Assembly: GCA_964424195.1 (NCBI GenBank)
Contig: CAYRHT010000001.1
Coordinates: 135,260-199,259, forward strand
Length of the DNA stretch: 64,000 nt
Source: an uncultured Gammaproteobacteria bacterium
GTDB taxonomy: Bacteria; Patescibacteriota; Patescibacteriia; UBA1558; S5-K13
Direction of reading: 5' to 3'
Below the pieces are notes generated by a model that worked only from the letters and a program-made list of their open reading frames with translations, did no database searches and was not told the origin of the DNA. Below, in pieces: positions 49,234 to 58,909 of the stretch (its first letter is position 1; every line of letters begins with the position of its first letter). The position numbers and the translations under genes are program-made.

Positions 49234-49506
49234 ATGTCAGTAATGGACTGGTTAGTTATTGTATTAGGAGTGTTATTTTGGATTGGAATACCAGTAGCTA
49301 TAGAAATTTATTCCAGAAAAGAAGAAAAAAAAGAGATCTTAAAGAAAAAGAAAACCTCGAATGATAAAAACTTTGGACATCTACATGCTGAACTTTTTAA
49401 AGAAGATGGTAATATGAAAATATTTACACCAGAAGAAAGAAAATCTCTTCTTACTTTGAGACCTGAGTTGAAAGATCCACCACCTTTTATTAAGACTTAT
49501 CACTAG
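49234..49506 (+). CDS. Small membrane protein, hypothetical
   Basis: One N-terminal TM helix, basic tail. AGGAGGAAAGATG RBS. Confidence 0.5.
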   Translation: MSVMDWLVIVLGVLFWIGIPVAIEIYSRKEEKKEILKKKKTSNDKNFGHLHAELFKEDGNMKIFTPEERKSLLTLRPELKDPPPFIKTYH

Positions 49507-49523
49507 CTAATACAAAATCAAAA

Positions 49524-49551
49524 ACTGTTCGAAAATTTCGAGCAGTTTTTT
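49524..49551. terminator. Bidirectional intrinsic terminator
   Basis: ctgttcgaaa-a-tttcgagcag hairpin with one G.U pair, flanked by A- and T-runs, between convergent genes. Confidence 0.7.
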
Positions 49552-49572
49552 ATTTGTTTTGAATTTAATAAT

Positions 49573-51165
49573 TTATATCTTCTTAGTCATATAAGTTCCT
49601 TCAAGTTTATACCCTAACTTTCGATAATATTCTCGAACTCCAATACCAGAAATTACAGCAATTTTAGAATATTTATTTTTTTTGGATAATTTTTCAGCTT
49701 CAATCATTAGTTTTTTACCAAAGCCCATATGTTGAGCACTTGATTTTGATTTAGACTTTCCATGAGCTACTAATTTACCATAGGCATGAATTTCTCTAAC
49801 AATGGAAGAATTATTTAATTCAGAGATAAAGTTATCTTGAGAATTGTTGAAACGCAATCTTAAAAAAGCATATAGTTTATTTCGTTCTTTGTTTTCATAA
49901 GAGATAAAATATTCTATGCCATCGGAGGCTTTATATTTTTCTATAAATAATTTAGCATCAGATAATTTAATTTCTTGATCTTTTATTTCCCGACAACGAA
50001 TACATTTACATTGTATATTTTTCTTCTTTAATTCTAATTGAACACTTTGTCTTAAATTAGTAATTCTATTTCCAGCCACAATTGATTCAGAAGGAATATC
50101 CCTAATTAACCTATTAATCCGTACATAATAGGGGATAGTTTTAATCTTTATTTTAATTAATAAGTCTAAGAGTTGTTTTTTAGTATAAGGGGTATACTTT
50201 TTATCTTTAAATAGCTTATAAAGTGTTTGAGCTTCTTTAGTAACTACACAGGGATAAATTTTAATTTGATCTGGCTGGTAATCAGGAGTGAAAAAAACTT
50301 TTTCAAACATTTTAAAGTCCTTGGCTGGAGTAGAAAATGGTAAGTCAGGCATTAAATGATAATCTACTTTAATTCCAGCTTGTTTACATAATTTAGTAGC
50401 TTCAATAATTTCTTTTTGAGTATGACCTCTTTTAATTTTTTGGAGAATTTGATCATCAGTATGTTGAACGCCAAGTTGGATCCGAGTACAACCCTGTTCT
50501 CGCATAGCAATAATCTCTTTTTTATTTACTAAATCGGGTCGAGTCTCTAAAGTTTCTCCAATAATCCTATATTTAGTTTTTTCATTTTTTTTTAATTCTT
50601 TTTCCAAGGTAGTTTTTACCTTTTCTTTGTTCTGGGGATAGTCATTAGCAGCTTGAAAACATTTAGCAATAAAATTATCTTGATAACTACGAGTATAGGC
50701 GTTCCAAGAACCTCCTAAGACCAAGAGTTCTATCTTGTCAACTACATGACCATTAGTTTCCAAAGCTTTAATTCGGTATTGAACTTGTTGGTAAGGATTA
50801 AAATTTAAACCTTTAGCTCGTTGAGCTGCTGGTTCATTGGATAAATAACTAACTGGCATATTTTTTTCATGAGGACAATAGATACATTTTCCAGGGCATT
50901 GATATGGTTTAGTTAAAACAGTTACTGGAGTTACACCAGAGATTGTTCTAGTAGCCCGGGCAATAGTTAAATTTTCAAAGTTTAGGTTTTTTTTAATTAA
51001 GCCTTTTTGTAAAAGTTTGCGATAGGCTTTAATTAAAACAGAATTCATTACTGGCTCTATTTTATTTTTTCCACAGAGTTTCTTTTTTGCTGATTCAAAA
51101 GTATCCCTATTTTTGTAGGGTTTTTTAATTAGTTCTTGAACAATTTTTTGGTATAATGAATTCAT
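49573..51165 (-). CDS. elp3: Elp3-like protein (radical SAM + C-terminal GNAT acetyltransferase); the ORF track extends to 51210 but the start is likely the Met at 51165
   Basis: Radical SAM Cys cluster CPGKCIYCP. C-terminal GNAT segment HMGFGKKLMIEAEKLSK...GVREYYRKLGY. Architecture matches the Elp3 family. Confidence 0.75.
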   Translation of the reverse strand: MNSLYQKIVQELIKKPYKNRDTFESAKKKLCGKNKIEPVMNSVLIKAYRKLLQKGLIKKNLNFENLTIARATRTISGVTPVTVLTKPYQCPGKCIYCPHEKNMPVSYLSNEPAAQRAKGLNFNPYQQVQYRIKALETNGHVVDKIELLVLGGSWNAYTRSYQDNFIAKCFQAANDYPQNKEKVKTTLEKELKKNEKTKYRIIGETLETRPDLVNKKEIIAMREQGCTRIQLGVQHTDDQILQKIKRGHTQKEIIEATKLCKQAGIKVDYHLMPDLPFSTPAKDFKMFEKVFFTPDYQPDQIKIYPCVVTKEAQTLYKLFKDKKYTPYTKKQLLDLLIKIKIKTIPYYVRINRLIRDIPSESIVAGNRITNLRQSVQLELKKKNIQCKCIRCREIKDQEIKLSDAKLFIEKYKASDGIEYFISYENKERNKLYAFLRLRFNNSQDNFISELNNSSIVREIHAYGKLVAHGKSKSKSSAQHMGFGKKLMIEAEKLSKKNKYSKIAVISGIGVREYYRKLGYKLEGTYMTKKI

Positions 51166-51828
51166 ATGAATAATGATATTAAAAAAGCTTATGATGTAGT
51201 GGCTGAACATTTTAGTTTAACTCGGAAAAGAGCTCTACCATCACAATTAATAGATTTTAAACAATATTTGGCTAATGGTCAACAGGTTTTAGATTTAGGT
51301 TGTGGTTCTGGAAGAATTATTCGGATTTTAAAGGATTTTGAAATAGATTGTGTTTTTACAGATATTTCCGAGAAGCAAGTTAATTATGCCAGAAAAGAGG
51401 AGCGAGGTAAAATAAGGAGTGCTGAATTTATTGCTGAGGACATGATAAATTCTTCTTTTCCAGATAATAAATTTGATGTCATTTTTTGTGTAGCTACTTT
51501 TCATCATTTAAAAACTAGAAAAGCTAGAATTAAATTTTTGAAGAATGTTTATTCTTGGTTAAAGCCCGAAGGATATTTTTTAATGACTAATTGGAATTTA
51601 ATGCAAAAGCGTTATTTTAAATACATTTTTAATTTTAAAAAGAGAGTTTGGAATGATTTTTCTATTCCTTACAAAGATAATCAGGGGAAGAATTTAGCTA
51701 ATCGTTATTATCATAGTTTTACTCATCAGGAATTAGAAAAACTTCTATTAAAAGTTGGTTTTAAGATAGAAAAATTAGAATTATCTGAAAATGGGAACGA
51801 CCGAGTAAGTGTTTGTCGGAAAAGATAA
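51166..51828 (+). CDS. Class I SAM-dependent methyltransferase, Trm9/ALKBH8-MTase-like
   Basis: Motif I VLDLGCGSGRII. ATFHHLKTRKARIKFLKNVYSWLKPEGYFLMTNWN resembles Trm9 AVIHHF...LKPGG..L.YVWA. TATAAT at 51153..51158 lies 7 nt upstream of the ATG, so the mRNA may be leaderless. Confidence 0.65.
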   Translation: MNNDIKKAYDVVAEHFSLTRKRALPSQLIDFKQYLANGQQVLDLGCGSGRIIRILKDFEIDCVFTDISEKQVNYARKEERGKIRSAEFIAEDMINSSFPDNKFDVIFCVATFHHLKTRKARIKFLKNVYSWLKPEGYFLMTNWNLMQKRYFKYIFNFKKRVWNDFSIPYKDNQGKNLANRYYHSFTHQELEKLLLKVGFKIEKLELSENGNDRVSVCRKR

Positions 51829-51899
51829 TTTTTACTATTGACTAATCCCTTATAATCCCATATAATTACTTATATAACTTATAAGCATTGTAAATAAAG

Positions 51900-52979
51900 T
51901 TGAAGATTATGGAAAAAGATAAATTAACAACTAGATTAAATTTTAGAAAATTAGAGGATGCTCAAAAAATTCAACGTTTGTTAGCGGAAATTGATGAATT
52001 TAAGGGTCGATGGATCGCAGGAATGAAATTATCTCCGCAGATTTTGAATAAATTAAAAAGATCGGTAATTATTACTTCTACTGGGTCTAGTACTCGAATT
52101 GAGGGAGTAGAGCTTAGTGATGAAGAGATTGAAAAATTATTTAAAGGTTTAAAGATTAAAAAATTTAATACTAGAGATGAACAAGAAGTAGCTGGTTATA
52201 AAGAGCTTTTGGAAAACGTTTTTAATTCTTATTTAAATATAAAATTTAATGAGAGTTTAATTAAAAGTTTTCATAAAGAATTATTAAAATATTCTGAAAA
52301 AGATAAGTATCATTTAGGGAAGTATAAATTTGATAATAATCAAGTAGAAGCTCTTGATTTAAAGGGCAAGGTAATTGGCATTGTTTTTGATCCAAGCCCA
52401 CCACATTTAACCTCTAAAGAGATGAATGAGTTGATTGAATGGACTCAAACTGCTTTACAAAAGAATTTAATTCACCCTTTGCTAGTAATTGGAAATTTCA
52501 TTTTGGAATTTTTAGCAATTCATCCTTTTCAAGATGGTAATGGTCGAACTTCAAGAATTCTGACTAATTTTTTGATGCTTAAATTAGGATATGAATATAT
52601 GCCTTATGTTTCGCATGAAAAATTTATAGAGGATAATAAAACAGATTATTATTTAGCCCTTCGAAAAAGTCAGGGGAATTGGAAAAAACGAAGTAAAGAT
52701 ATTGCCCCGTGGATGATTTTCTTTTTAAATATTGTCTTAGAACAAGCTCAAATGGCAATTACTATTAGTGATAATGAGAAAATAGAATTTTTGTTATCAG
52801 AGAAGCAGTTGTTAGTTTGGGAATATTTTCAAGAGCATGAGTATTTAAGTCCAAAAGATATTAGAGATAATTTGAATATCAAAGAGTCAACTGTGTTGCA
52901 GATATTAAATAAATTATTAAATATGAAGAAAATTGAACGTTTAGGAATGGGTAGAGGTGTGAGATATAAGAAAACTTAA
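51900..52979 (+). CDS. Fic family protein (class II, with N-terminal inhibitory motif)
   Basis: Fic motif HPFQDGNGRTSRIL. N-terminal STRIEG matches the (S/T)xxxE(G/N) inhibitory helix. C-terminal winged-helix-like domain. Confidence 0.85.
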   Translation: MKIMEKDKLTTRLNFRKLEDAQKIQRLLAEIDEFKGRWIAGMKLSPQILNKLKRSVIITSTGSSTRIEGVELSDEEIEKLFKGLKIKKFNTRDEQEVAGYKELLENVFNSYLNIKFNESLIKSFHKELLKYSEKDKYHLGKYKFDNNQVEALDLKGKVIGIVFDPSPPHLTSKEMNELIEWTQTALQKNLIHPLLVIGNFILEFLAIHPFQDGNGRTSRILTNFLMLKLGYEYMPYVSHEKFIEDNKTDYYLALRKSQGNWKKRSKDIAPWMIFFLNIVLEQAQMAITISDNEKIEFLLSEKQLLVWEYFQEHEYLSPKDIRDNLNIKESTVLQILNKLLNMKKIERLGMGRGVRYKKT

Positions 52980-53098
52980 GGAGAATTTTTAGTTTTATAT
53001 TAAAAGAATTTTTATTCCGTCAAGAGATTTTTAACGGTTTTTTATTTTACCTTAAAAATGTGTTATAATATAAGCAAATATAAACAAAAATGAATTAA

Positions 53099-54208
53099 AT
53101 GCCAGATATTAAAATAAAAAGTGATCTTGGTAATTTTTCTGATATTAATGATGAAATTATTATCAAAGATGATGATGATTTTCAAGTTTTTTCCCAAGGA
53201 AATTTATCAGATTTAGATATTTCTAAATTAGAAGAAAAGAAAAAGTTTTCAGAATCTAAAGAAGTCCTAGATACAGGTAAGGAAGAAATAAATTTAGCTC
53301 CACCAGCTCCAGTTGTTTGGGATAAAAAATCTAGCTTTTATTTCGATATTCAAGATGAAGATGATATTGCTCAGGAGGTCAAGAAGATAGCAAAGATGGA
53401 GAAAGAATCTCCAGAATCTACAAAGAGCAAGGAATTAAAAAAATACAGTTTAACTAAGATATTAAAAAAACTTTTAGAGAATTATAATTTAAATTTACTA
53501 CCAGATTTAGAAAAAAGATTGAGTAATATTGTTCTGTCTTTTTTAAAACATACTAGAAATAGAGTAGATGCTTTGAATTTGTTTAAGGCTCCGATTAATC
53601 AATCTGGTTTAGCCATCGATAGTGAGTTAGCAGGTAAATTAATTGATTTATTAGATAATATTAGGACTAAAGTTGATGAAGTCGGAGGAAGTATTATTGA
53701 GGATCAAAAGGATGTAAAAAATAATAATCAAGTTCAAAATAACCAACGGGTAGAAAACTTAGCTAATATTGATCCGCGACAAAAGATTAAAGTTGAAGAA
53801 AAAGGAATAGAAATACCAATGATTCAAAGGAATTCTTCAGTTGGAGACAAGCCTATAGTTACAGGTATTAAAAAGAAGGAAAGAGTAGTTGGTCCAATGG
53901 ATGAATTTTCAGAAATTACTTTAATAAATTTTAGACGTTTATCCAACGACCCTACTGAAGCAGCTCAGAAAATTATGGATAGAATTAGATCTTTAGAAAA
54001 AGAATCATATATCAAGAGAGCGACAGCTATTCAGAACTGGAGAAAGAGCGAGGTTTATAAACTTTATTTAGATTTAGGTAGAGAAAGTATGGAAAAAAAT
54101 CTATCAATAGATAAAATTATTGAACAAAAGATTTTAAATAAAGAAAAAGTTTTGAAGATGAAAGAGTTTAGTGCTGTTACAGATTTAAATAAAAAATTAA
54201 GGTTTTAA
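53099..54208 (+). CDS. Hypothetical protein (first gene of the T4SS-like cluster)
   Basis: 369 aa, acidic, no TM helix and no recognised domain. Confidence 0.45.
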   Translation: MPDIKIKSDLGNFSDINDEIIIKDDDDFQVFSQGNLSDLDISKLEEKKKFSESKEVLDTGKEEINLAPPAPVVWDKKSSFYFDIQDEDDIAQEVKKIAKMEKESPESTKSKELKKYSLTKILKKLLENYNLNLLPDLEKRLSNIVLSFLKHTRNRVDALNLFKAPINQSGLAIDSELAGKLIDLLDNIRTKVDEVGGSIIEDQKDVKNNNQVQNNQRVENLANIDPRQKIKVEEKGIEIPMIQRNSSVGDKPIVTGIKKKERVVGPMDEFSEITLINFRRLSNDPTEAAQKIMDRIRSLEKESYIKRATAIQNWRKSEVYKLYLDLGRESMEKNLSIDKIIEQKILNKEKVLKMKEFSAVTDLNKKLRF

Positions 54209-54210
54209 AT

Positions 54211-54669
54211 ATGCGTTATATTGTTCCTCAATTTATTGATGTCGAAGATAAAATATTTGGTCCAGTTACGGTTCGACAGTTTTTAATTTTAACAGTTGGC
54301 GGGCTTTTTATATTCATCTCCTTTAAATTATCTGATTTTTCCTTATTTGTTTTTTTAACTGTTATCATCGCTGGTTTAGCAGTGGTAATTGCCTTTGTTA
54401 AGGTGAATGGTAAAAAATTTCATGTCTTTTTCCTAGATATGTTAAATTTTCTTTTTAAAACTCCTAAATTATCTATTTGGCAAAAAAAAGAAAACACTAT
54501 TAAAACCATAGAGATAAAAGAAAAGGAAATAATAGATGATTATTACTTTAATCCCAAAGATTTACCACGAACAAAGTTGTCAGAAATATCTTTAGTAGTT
54601 GATACTGGTGGAGCATATATTGGTGAAGATAATAATGACTCATTAATAGGACAAAAATATGAAAAATAA
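54211..54669 (+). CDS. PrgI-like / VirB3-like small membrane protein
   Basis: 152 aa. N-terminal MRYIVPQFIDVEDKIFGPVTVRQFL followed by two TM helices, immediately upstream of a VirB4-like ATPase. Confidence 0.55.
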   Translation: MRYIVPQFIDVEDKIFGPVTVRQFLILTVGGLFIFISFKLSDFSLFVFLTVIIAGLAVVIAFVKVNGKKFHVFFLDMLNFLFKTPKLSIWQKKENTIKTIEIKEKEIIDDYYFNPKDLPRTKLSEISLVVDTGGAYIGEDNNDSLIGQKYEK

Positions 54670-55330
54670 AAAGAGAAAAACAAATAGTGCTGCTCAAGAA
54701 ATTTTAGAAATTTCTAGTATTCAGGATAATATGGTGATTTTGAAAAATGGTACTGTCCGAGCAGTGTTAATGGTTTCATCTATTAATTTTGCTTTAAAAA
54801 ATCAAGACGAGCAAGAAGGTATTATTGGAGCTTTTTATTCTTTCTTAAATTCGATTGATTATCCTTTACAAATAGTTATTCAATCAAGAGCCTTAGACAT
54901 TGATCAGTATTTAGATAAATTAGATAAATTAGGAAAACAGCAAACTAATGAATTACTAAGAATGCAAACTACTGATTATACCCAGTTTATTAGAGAGCTT
55001 CTACAATTACAATCAATTATGAGTAAGAAGTTTTTTGTAGTCGTCCCTTATTCAGTCGTAGAAGTTAAAAAGAAAAGTTTTTTCACTCAAGCTTCTGATC
55101 TATTTACAGCTCAGAAAGTATTGAAAATTAGGAAGAAAGAATATGAAGAATACAAGGATCAATTATTTAGAAGAGTTGGTCATGTTCGTTCAGGTTTAGA
55201 AGGTATGGGATTGCAATCAGCACCATTGGATACTTCAAGTCTAATAGAACTTTATTATAATTCATATAACCCAGAAACTTCCAAAAGAGAGAAGTTAAAG
55301 GATATTAAAAAAGTTAGAATTGATGAGTAA
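54659..55330 (+). CDS. Hypothetical T4SS-associated protein
   Basis: 223 aa, translationally coupled (11-nt overlap) between the PrgI-like and VirB4-like genes. Confidence 0.4.
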   Translation: MKNKKRKTNSAAQEILEISSIQDNMVILKNGTVRAVLMVSSINFALKNQDEQEGIIGAFYSFLNSIDYPLQIVIQSRALDIDQYLDKLDKLGKQQTNELLRMQTTDYTQFIRELLQLQSIMSKKFFVVVPYSVVEVKKKSFFTQASDLFTAQKVLKIRKKEYEEYKDQLFRRVGHVRSGLEGMGLQSAPLDTSSLIELYYNSYNPETSKREKLKDIKKVRIDE

Positions 55331-55365
55331 GATTATTAATTTATTTGTAAAATAATAATTCTAAG

Positions 55366-57234
55366 ATGTTTAAACAAAAACAAATTCAAGAAACAAATAA
55401 TGCTTCTGAACAGGATTCACAAGTTTCAACACAGAATAATGTTCAAGATAAGCGTTTTTTAGAAGCTGAAAAAGTATATCGAAGAGGTAAGACTTCTGTT
55501 AAAGATTTAATTGCTCCAGCTGCTTTTAAAGTAGAAAGTAGTTTTCTTCGGATTGGTGATAAATATGTTAGTACTATTTATGTTATAACTTATCCTCGAT
55601 ATATTAGTATTGGATGGTTTGCTCCAGTTATTAATTATTCTATTCCTTTGGATGTTGCTATGTATTACTATCCTTTACCTTCAGAAAAGATTTTAAAAAA
55701 GTTAAGAAACAAAGTTGGTTCTTTGGAAGCTCAATTACATGGTGATGCTGAAAAAGGTGCTCCTCGTGATCCCCAAAGACAAACTGCCTTACAAGATATT
55801 GAAGAATTAAGAGATAATTTGACTCAAGGTACAGAGAAATTTTTTCAATTTGCTTTGTATATAACTATTTATGCTAATGATCCAGAAGAATTAGAAAAAA
55901 GAGTTGAAAATGTTGAAAATATTTTTGGTTCAAAATTAATTTTTACTAAGAGAGCATTATTTACTTCTAAAGAAGGATTTAATTCAACTTTACCACTAGG
56001 TAATGACGAATTATACATTGCCAACAATATGAATTCATCCCCGGCTTCTGCCTCTTTCCCTTTTATCTCTTCCGAATTAACTAGTGATGATGGTATTTTG
56101 TATGGAATTAATCGACATAATAATTCTCTGATACTTTTTGATAGATTTTCTTTACAAAATGCTAATGCTGTTGTTTTTGCTACTTCTGGTGCTGGTAAAT
56201 CCTACGCTATTAAGTTAGAAGTAATTCGAAGTTTAATGATGGGTACAGAGGTTATTATAATTGATCCGGAAAAAGAATATCAACATTTATCAGAAGCAGT
56301 AGGAGGAACATATATTAATCTTTCTCTAAATTCTAATTCTAAAGTTAATCCTTTCGATTTACCTAAGGGTTTAAGTAAAGAGATGAAGGCGGCTGATGTT
56401 TTAAGAAGTGCTGTAATTACTTTAAAAGGATTAATTCGTTTAATGGTCGGTAAATTATCTCATTTGGAAGATTCTTTAGTTGATCGAGCGCTTTTAGAAA
56501 CTTATGCTAAAAAAGATATTACAGCAGATAGTGATTTAGATGATGTAGAAGCTCCTTTGATGGCAGATTTTGAAGAAGTTTTAAATGGAATGGAAGGTGG
56601 AGGAGACTTAGCTCAAAGAATTAAAAAATATACTGAAGGAACTTTTGCAGGACTTTTTAATAGTCCTACTAATGTTGATGTTACTAATCAATTAATTACT
56701 TTTAGTGTTCGAGATTTAGAAGATGAATTAAGACCAATCGCTATTTATACCATTATTACCTATATTTGGAATTTAGTTAGATCTCAAGTTAAGAAGAGAA
56801 TCTTAATTATTGATGAGGCTTGGTGGTTAATGCAACATGAAGATAGTGCTAAGTTTATCTATGCTTTAGTAAAAAGATGTCGAAAATACTATTTAGGAGT
56901 AACTACTATTACTCAGGATGTTAATGACTTTTTAAGATCACCATATGGTCAAGCTATTGTTACTAATTCTTCTTTACAATTATTGTTAAAACAGTCTCCA
57001 GCAGCTATTGATCTAATTCAAAAGACTTTTATGCTGACTGATGAAGAAAAATATTTACTATTACAAGGTAAAGTTGGACAAGGAATTTTCTTTGCTGGAA
57101 ACAAGCATGTCGCAATTCAAATTGAAGCATCATATACTGAAGATCAATTAATTACCTCTGATCCAAAACAACTTTTAGAAATTGAAGAAGCTAAGAGAGA
57201 GTTTAAAGACAAACAAGTAAAAGAAAATTCTTAA
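55366..57234 (+). CDS. VirB4/TrsE/PrgJ-like conjugation ATPase
   Basis: Walker A ATSGAGKSY, Walker B ILIIDEAWWLM. N-terminal IAPAAFKVESSFLRIGDKYVSTIYVITYP typical of Gram-positive VirB4 homologues. Confidence 0.8.
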   Translation: MFKQKQIQETNNASEQDSQVSTQNNVQDKRFLEAEKVYRRGKTSVKDLIAPAAFKVESSFLRIGDKYVSTIYVITYPRYISIGWFAPVINYSIPLDVAMYYYPLPSEKILKKLRNKVGSLEAQLHGDAEKGAPRDPQRQTALQDIEELRDNLTQGTEKFFQFALYITIYANDPEELEKRVENVENIFGSKLIFTKRALFTSKEGFNSTLPLGNDELYIANNMNSSPASASFPFISSELTSDDGILYGINRHNNSLILFDRFSLQNANAVVFATSGAGKSYAIKLEVIRSLMMGTEVIIIDPEKEYQHLSEAVGGTYINLSLNSNSKVNPFDLPKGLSKEMKAADVLRSAVITLKGLIRLMVGKLSHLEDSLVDRALLETYAKKDITADSDLDDVEAPLMADFEEVLNGMEGGGDLAQRIKKYTEGTFAGLFNSPTNVDVTNQLITFSVRDLEDELRPIAIYTIITYIWNLVRSQVKKRILIIDEAWWLMQHEDSAKFIYALVKRCRKYYLGVTTITQDVNDFLRSPYGQAIVTNSSLQLLLKQSPAAIDLIQKTFMLTDEEKYLLLQGKVGQGIFFAGNKHVAIQIEASYTEDQLITSDPKQLLEIEEAKREFKDKQVKENS

Positions 57235-57253
57235 ATTAATAATATATAAATAT

Positions 57254-57835
57254 ATGGATAAGAAACAAATTAAAATATTAATTATTACCTTTATAGCAGT
57301 ACTTTTAATAGTCTTTGTAGTGTTTTTACTAGTTAATATTGGAGATAAAGTAAATAATTCTCAATCAGAAATAAATTCAGTTGATAATACTTTAAAAGAG
57401 GAGAAAAAAGATTCAGAGCTTATTAAAGAAGTAATTGCTGAAAAGAGTGCAGAAGAATTATCAGAAATGAAGATCAAAAGTGTTGCTAAAAATTTTACAG
57501 AAAGATATGGTACTTGGTCATCAGATAATCAAGCTAATAATTTTAAATCAACTAAAGTATATACCACTTCAAGAATGGAGAATATTATTAAGGACTTTGT
57601 AGAAAATGATGAAAGATTAGCTAATGATTATCCAGATTATTATGGAATCACTACTAAAGCTTTGAATGTTAAGATTATAGATTCCAATGAATCTAGTGCT
57701 AATCTATTAGTTTCTGTTCAACAAACAGAGACTTTAGGAGATGTTTCAGGAGAAGATACTAGTTATAGTAGTTTAAGTTTGGAATTGATAGAATATAATG
57801 GAGATTGGTTTGTTAATTATGCAGAGTGGGAATAG
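57254..57835 (+). CDS. Membrane-anchored protein, possibly VirB8-like (NTF2-like fold)
   Basis: N-terminal TM helix followed by a soluble domain of about 150 aa. Assignment is tentative. Confidence 0.35.
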   Translation: MDKKQIKILIITFIAVLLIVFVVFLLVNIGDKVNNSQSEINSVDNTLKEEKKDSELIKEVIAEKSAEELSEMKIKSVAKNFTERYGTWSSDNQANNFKSTKVYTTSRMENIIKDFVENDERLANDYPDYYGITTKALNVKIIDSNESSANLLVSVQQTETLGDVSGEDTSYSSLSLELIEYNGDWFVNYAEWE

Positions 57836-57850
57836 ATTAATTTAAAAAAT

Positions 57851-58897
57851 ATGCCAGAAGATCAGAAAGAAATAGAATTAAAGCCAGGAGAAACTAAAGA
57901 AATTAAAATTGATATTCCTTTAGCAGTTCAAGGTGATGATAAGCCAGAAGTAAAACCTAAAGAAGATTCAGAAGTCAGAAACCAACAACCAGAAAATCAA
58001 GAAGAAGATCAAAATTTAAAGAATGATGAAGAAAATAATCAAGAAGAAAGACCAGGACTAAGTGATGTTGGTCAGATGAATCAGAGATCAGAGAGAAGAC
58101 ATTATCCTCAAACTGAAAAAATGGATAATCTAGATAAGCCAAAGCAAAATGATAAAAAACGAGATTCAAAAGAAAATGGAGATGAAAGAAGTTTAAGGGA
58201 TAGGTGGAGAGATGCTCAAGCCAAGAAACAAAATAAAGATAGAGAAAATGTAAGAAAGAATGCTAAAGATAAATCTAATTCAAATTTAGGAGATAAAATG
58301 ACAGAGTTAGCAGGTAAAGCAGGAGATAAGCTTTTACCGAAATCTAGGATTCCAGAGAGAGGAAAGGGAATGCCAAGAGATAAATCAGATGTTATTGATA
58401 GTGATTATGGTGGTCCAAGTAAAAAAGAAGATTTAATGTCTAGTTGGAATAAGTTAAGGAATTCAGTTAGAAATAAAAAAGATCAGAATGATATTAAGGA
58501 AAAGAGAAGTGGAACTGGTCAAATTATTAATAAAGGAAGTAGATTGGCTAGTTATGAATTTTATAGATTATGTTGGCTAAATTTAATAGATAGTTTTGGT
58601 TTAACATATCTTGGATTATTGTTCTTATTTGTAGCTAAATATGTCGCTGGTAGTAGTAAGGTTATAAAATTTGTTAGTATTAAAGATACTTCAGCTCGTT
58701 TAGATGTAATTCATAATAAAGAGAAAACAGACATACTATCAATGATTACCTTTGTTGCCCTGACTATGGCCATTGTAGCATTAATTATCTTAGCCATATT
58801 CTTGATAATACTAATATTAGTAGCCTTAGGAGTAATTAAAATTGAAGGTCTTAGTAGATTAGAGGCTATTATAGAGATTATTAAAAAAATATTTTAA
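57851..58897 (+). CDS. Hypothetical membrane protein with charged low-complexity N-region and C-terminal TM helices (possibly VirB6-like)
   Basis: K/E/D/N-rich first 230 aa. Three hydrophobic helices at the C-terminus. Confidence 0.4.
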   Translation: MPEDQKEIELKPGETKEIKIDIPLAVQGDDKPEVKPKEDSEVRNQQPENQEEDQNLKNDEENNQEERPGLSDVGQMNQRSERRHYPQTEKMDNLDKPKQNDKKRDSKENGDERSLRDRWRDAQAKKQNKDRENVRKNAKDKSNSNLGDKMTELAGKAGDKLLPKSRIPERGKGMPRDKSDVIDSDYGGPSKKEDLMSSWNKLRNSVRNKKDQNDIKEKRSGTGQIINKGSRLASYEFYRLCWLNLIDSFGLTYLGLLFLFVAKYVAGSSKVIKFVSIKDTSARLDVIHNKEKTDILSMITFVALTMAIVALIILAIFLIILILVALGVIKIEGLSRLEAIIEIIKKIF

Positions 58898-58909
58898 TAA
58901 ATTAAATAT

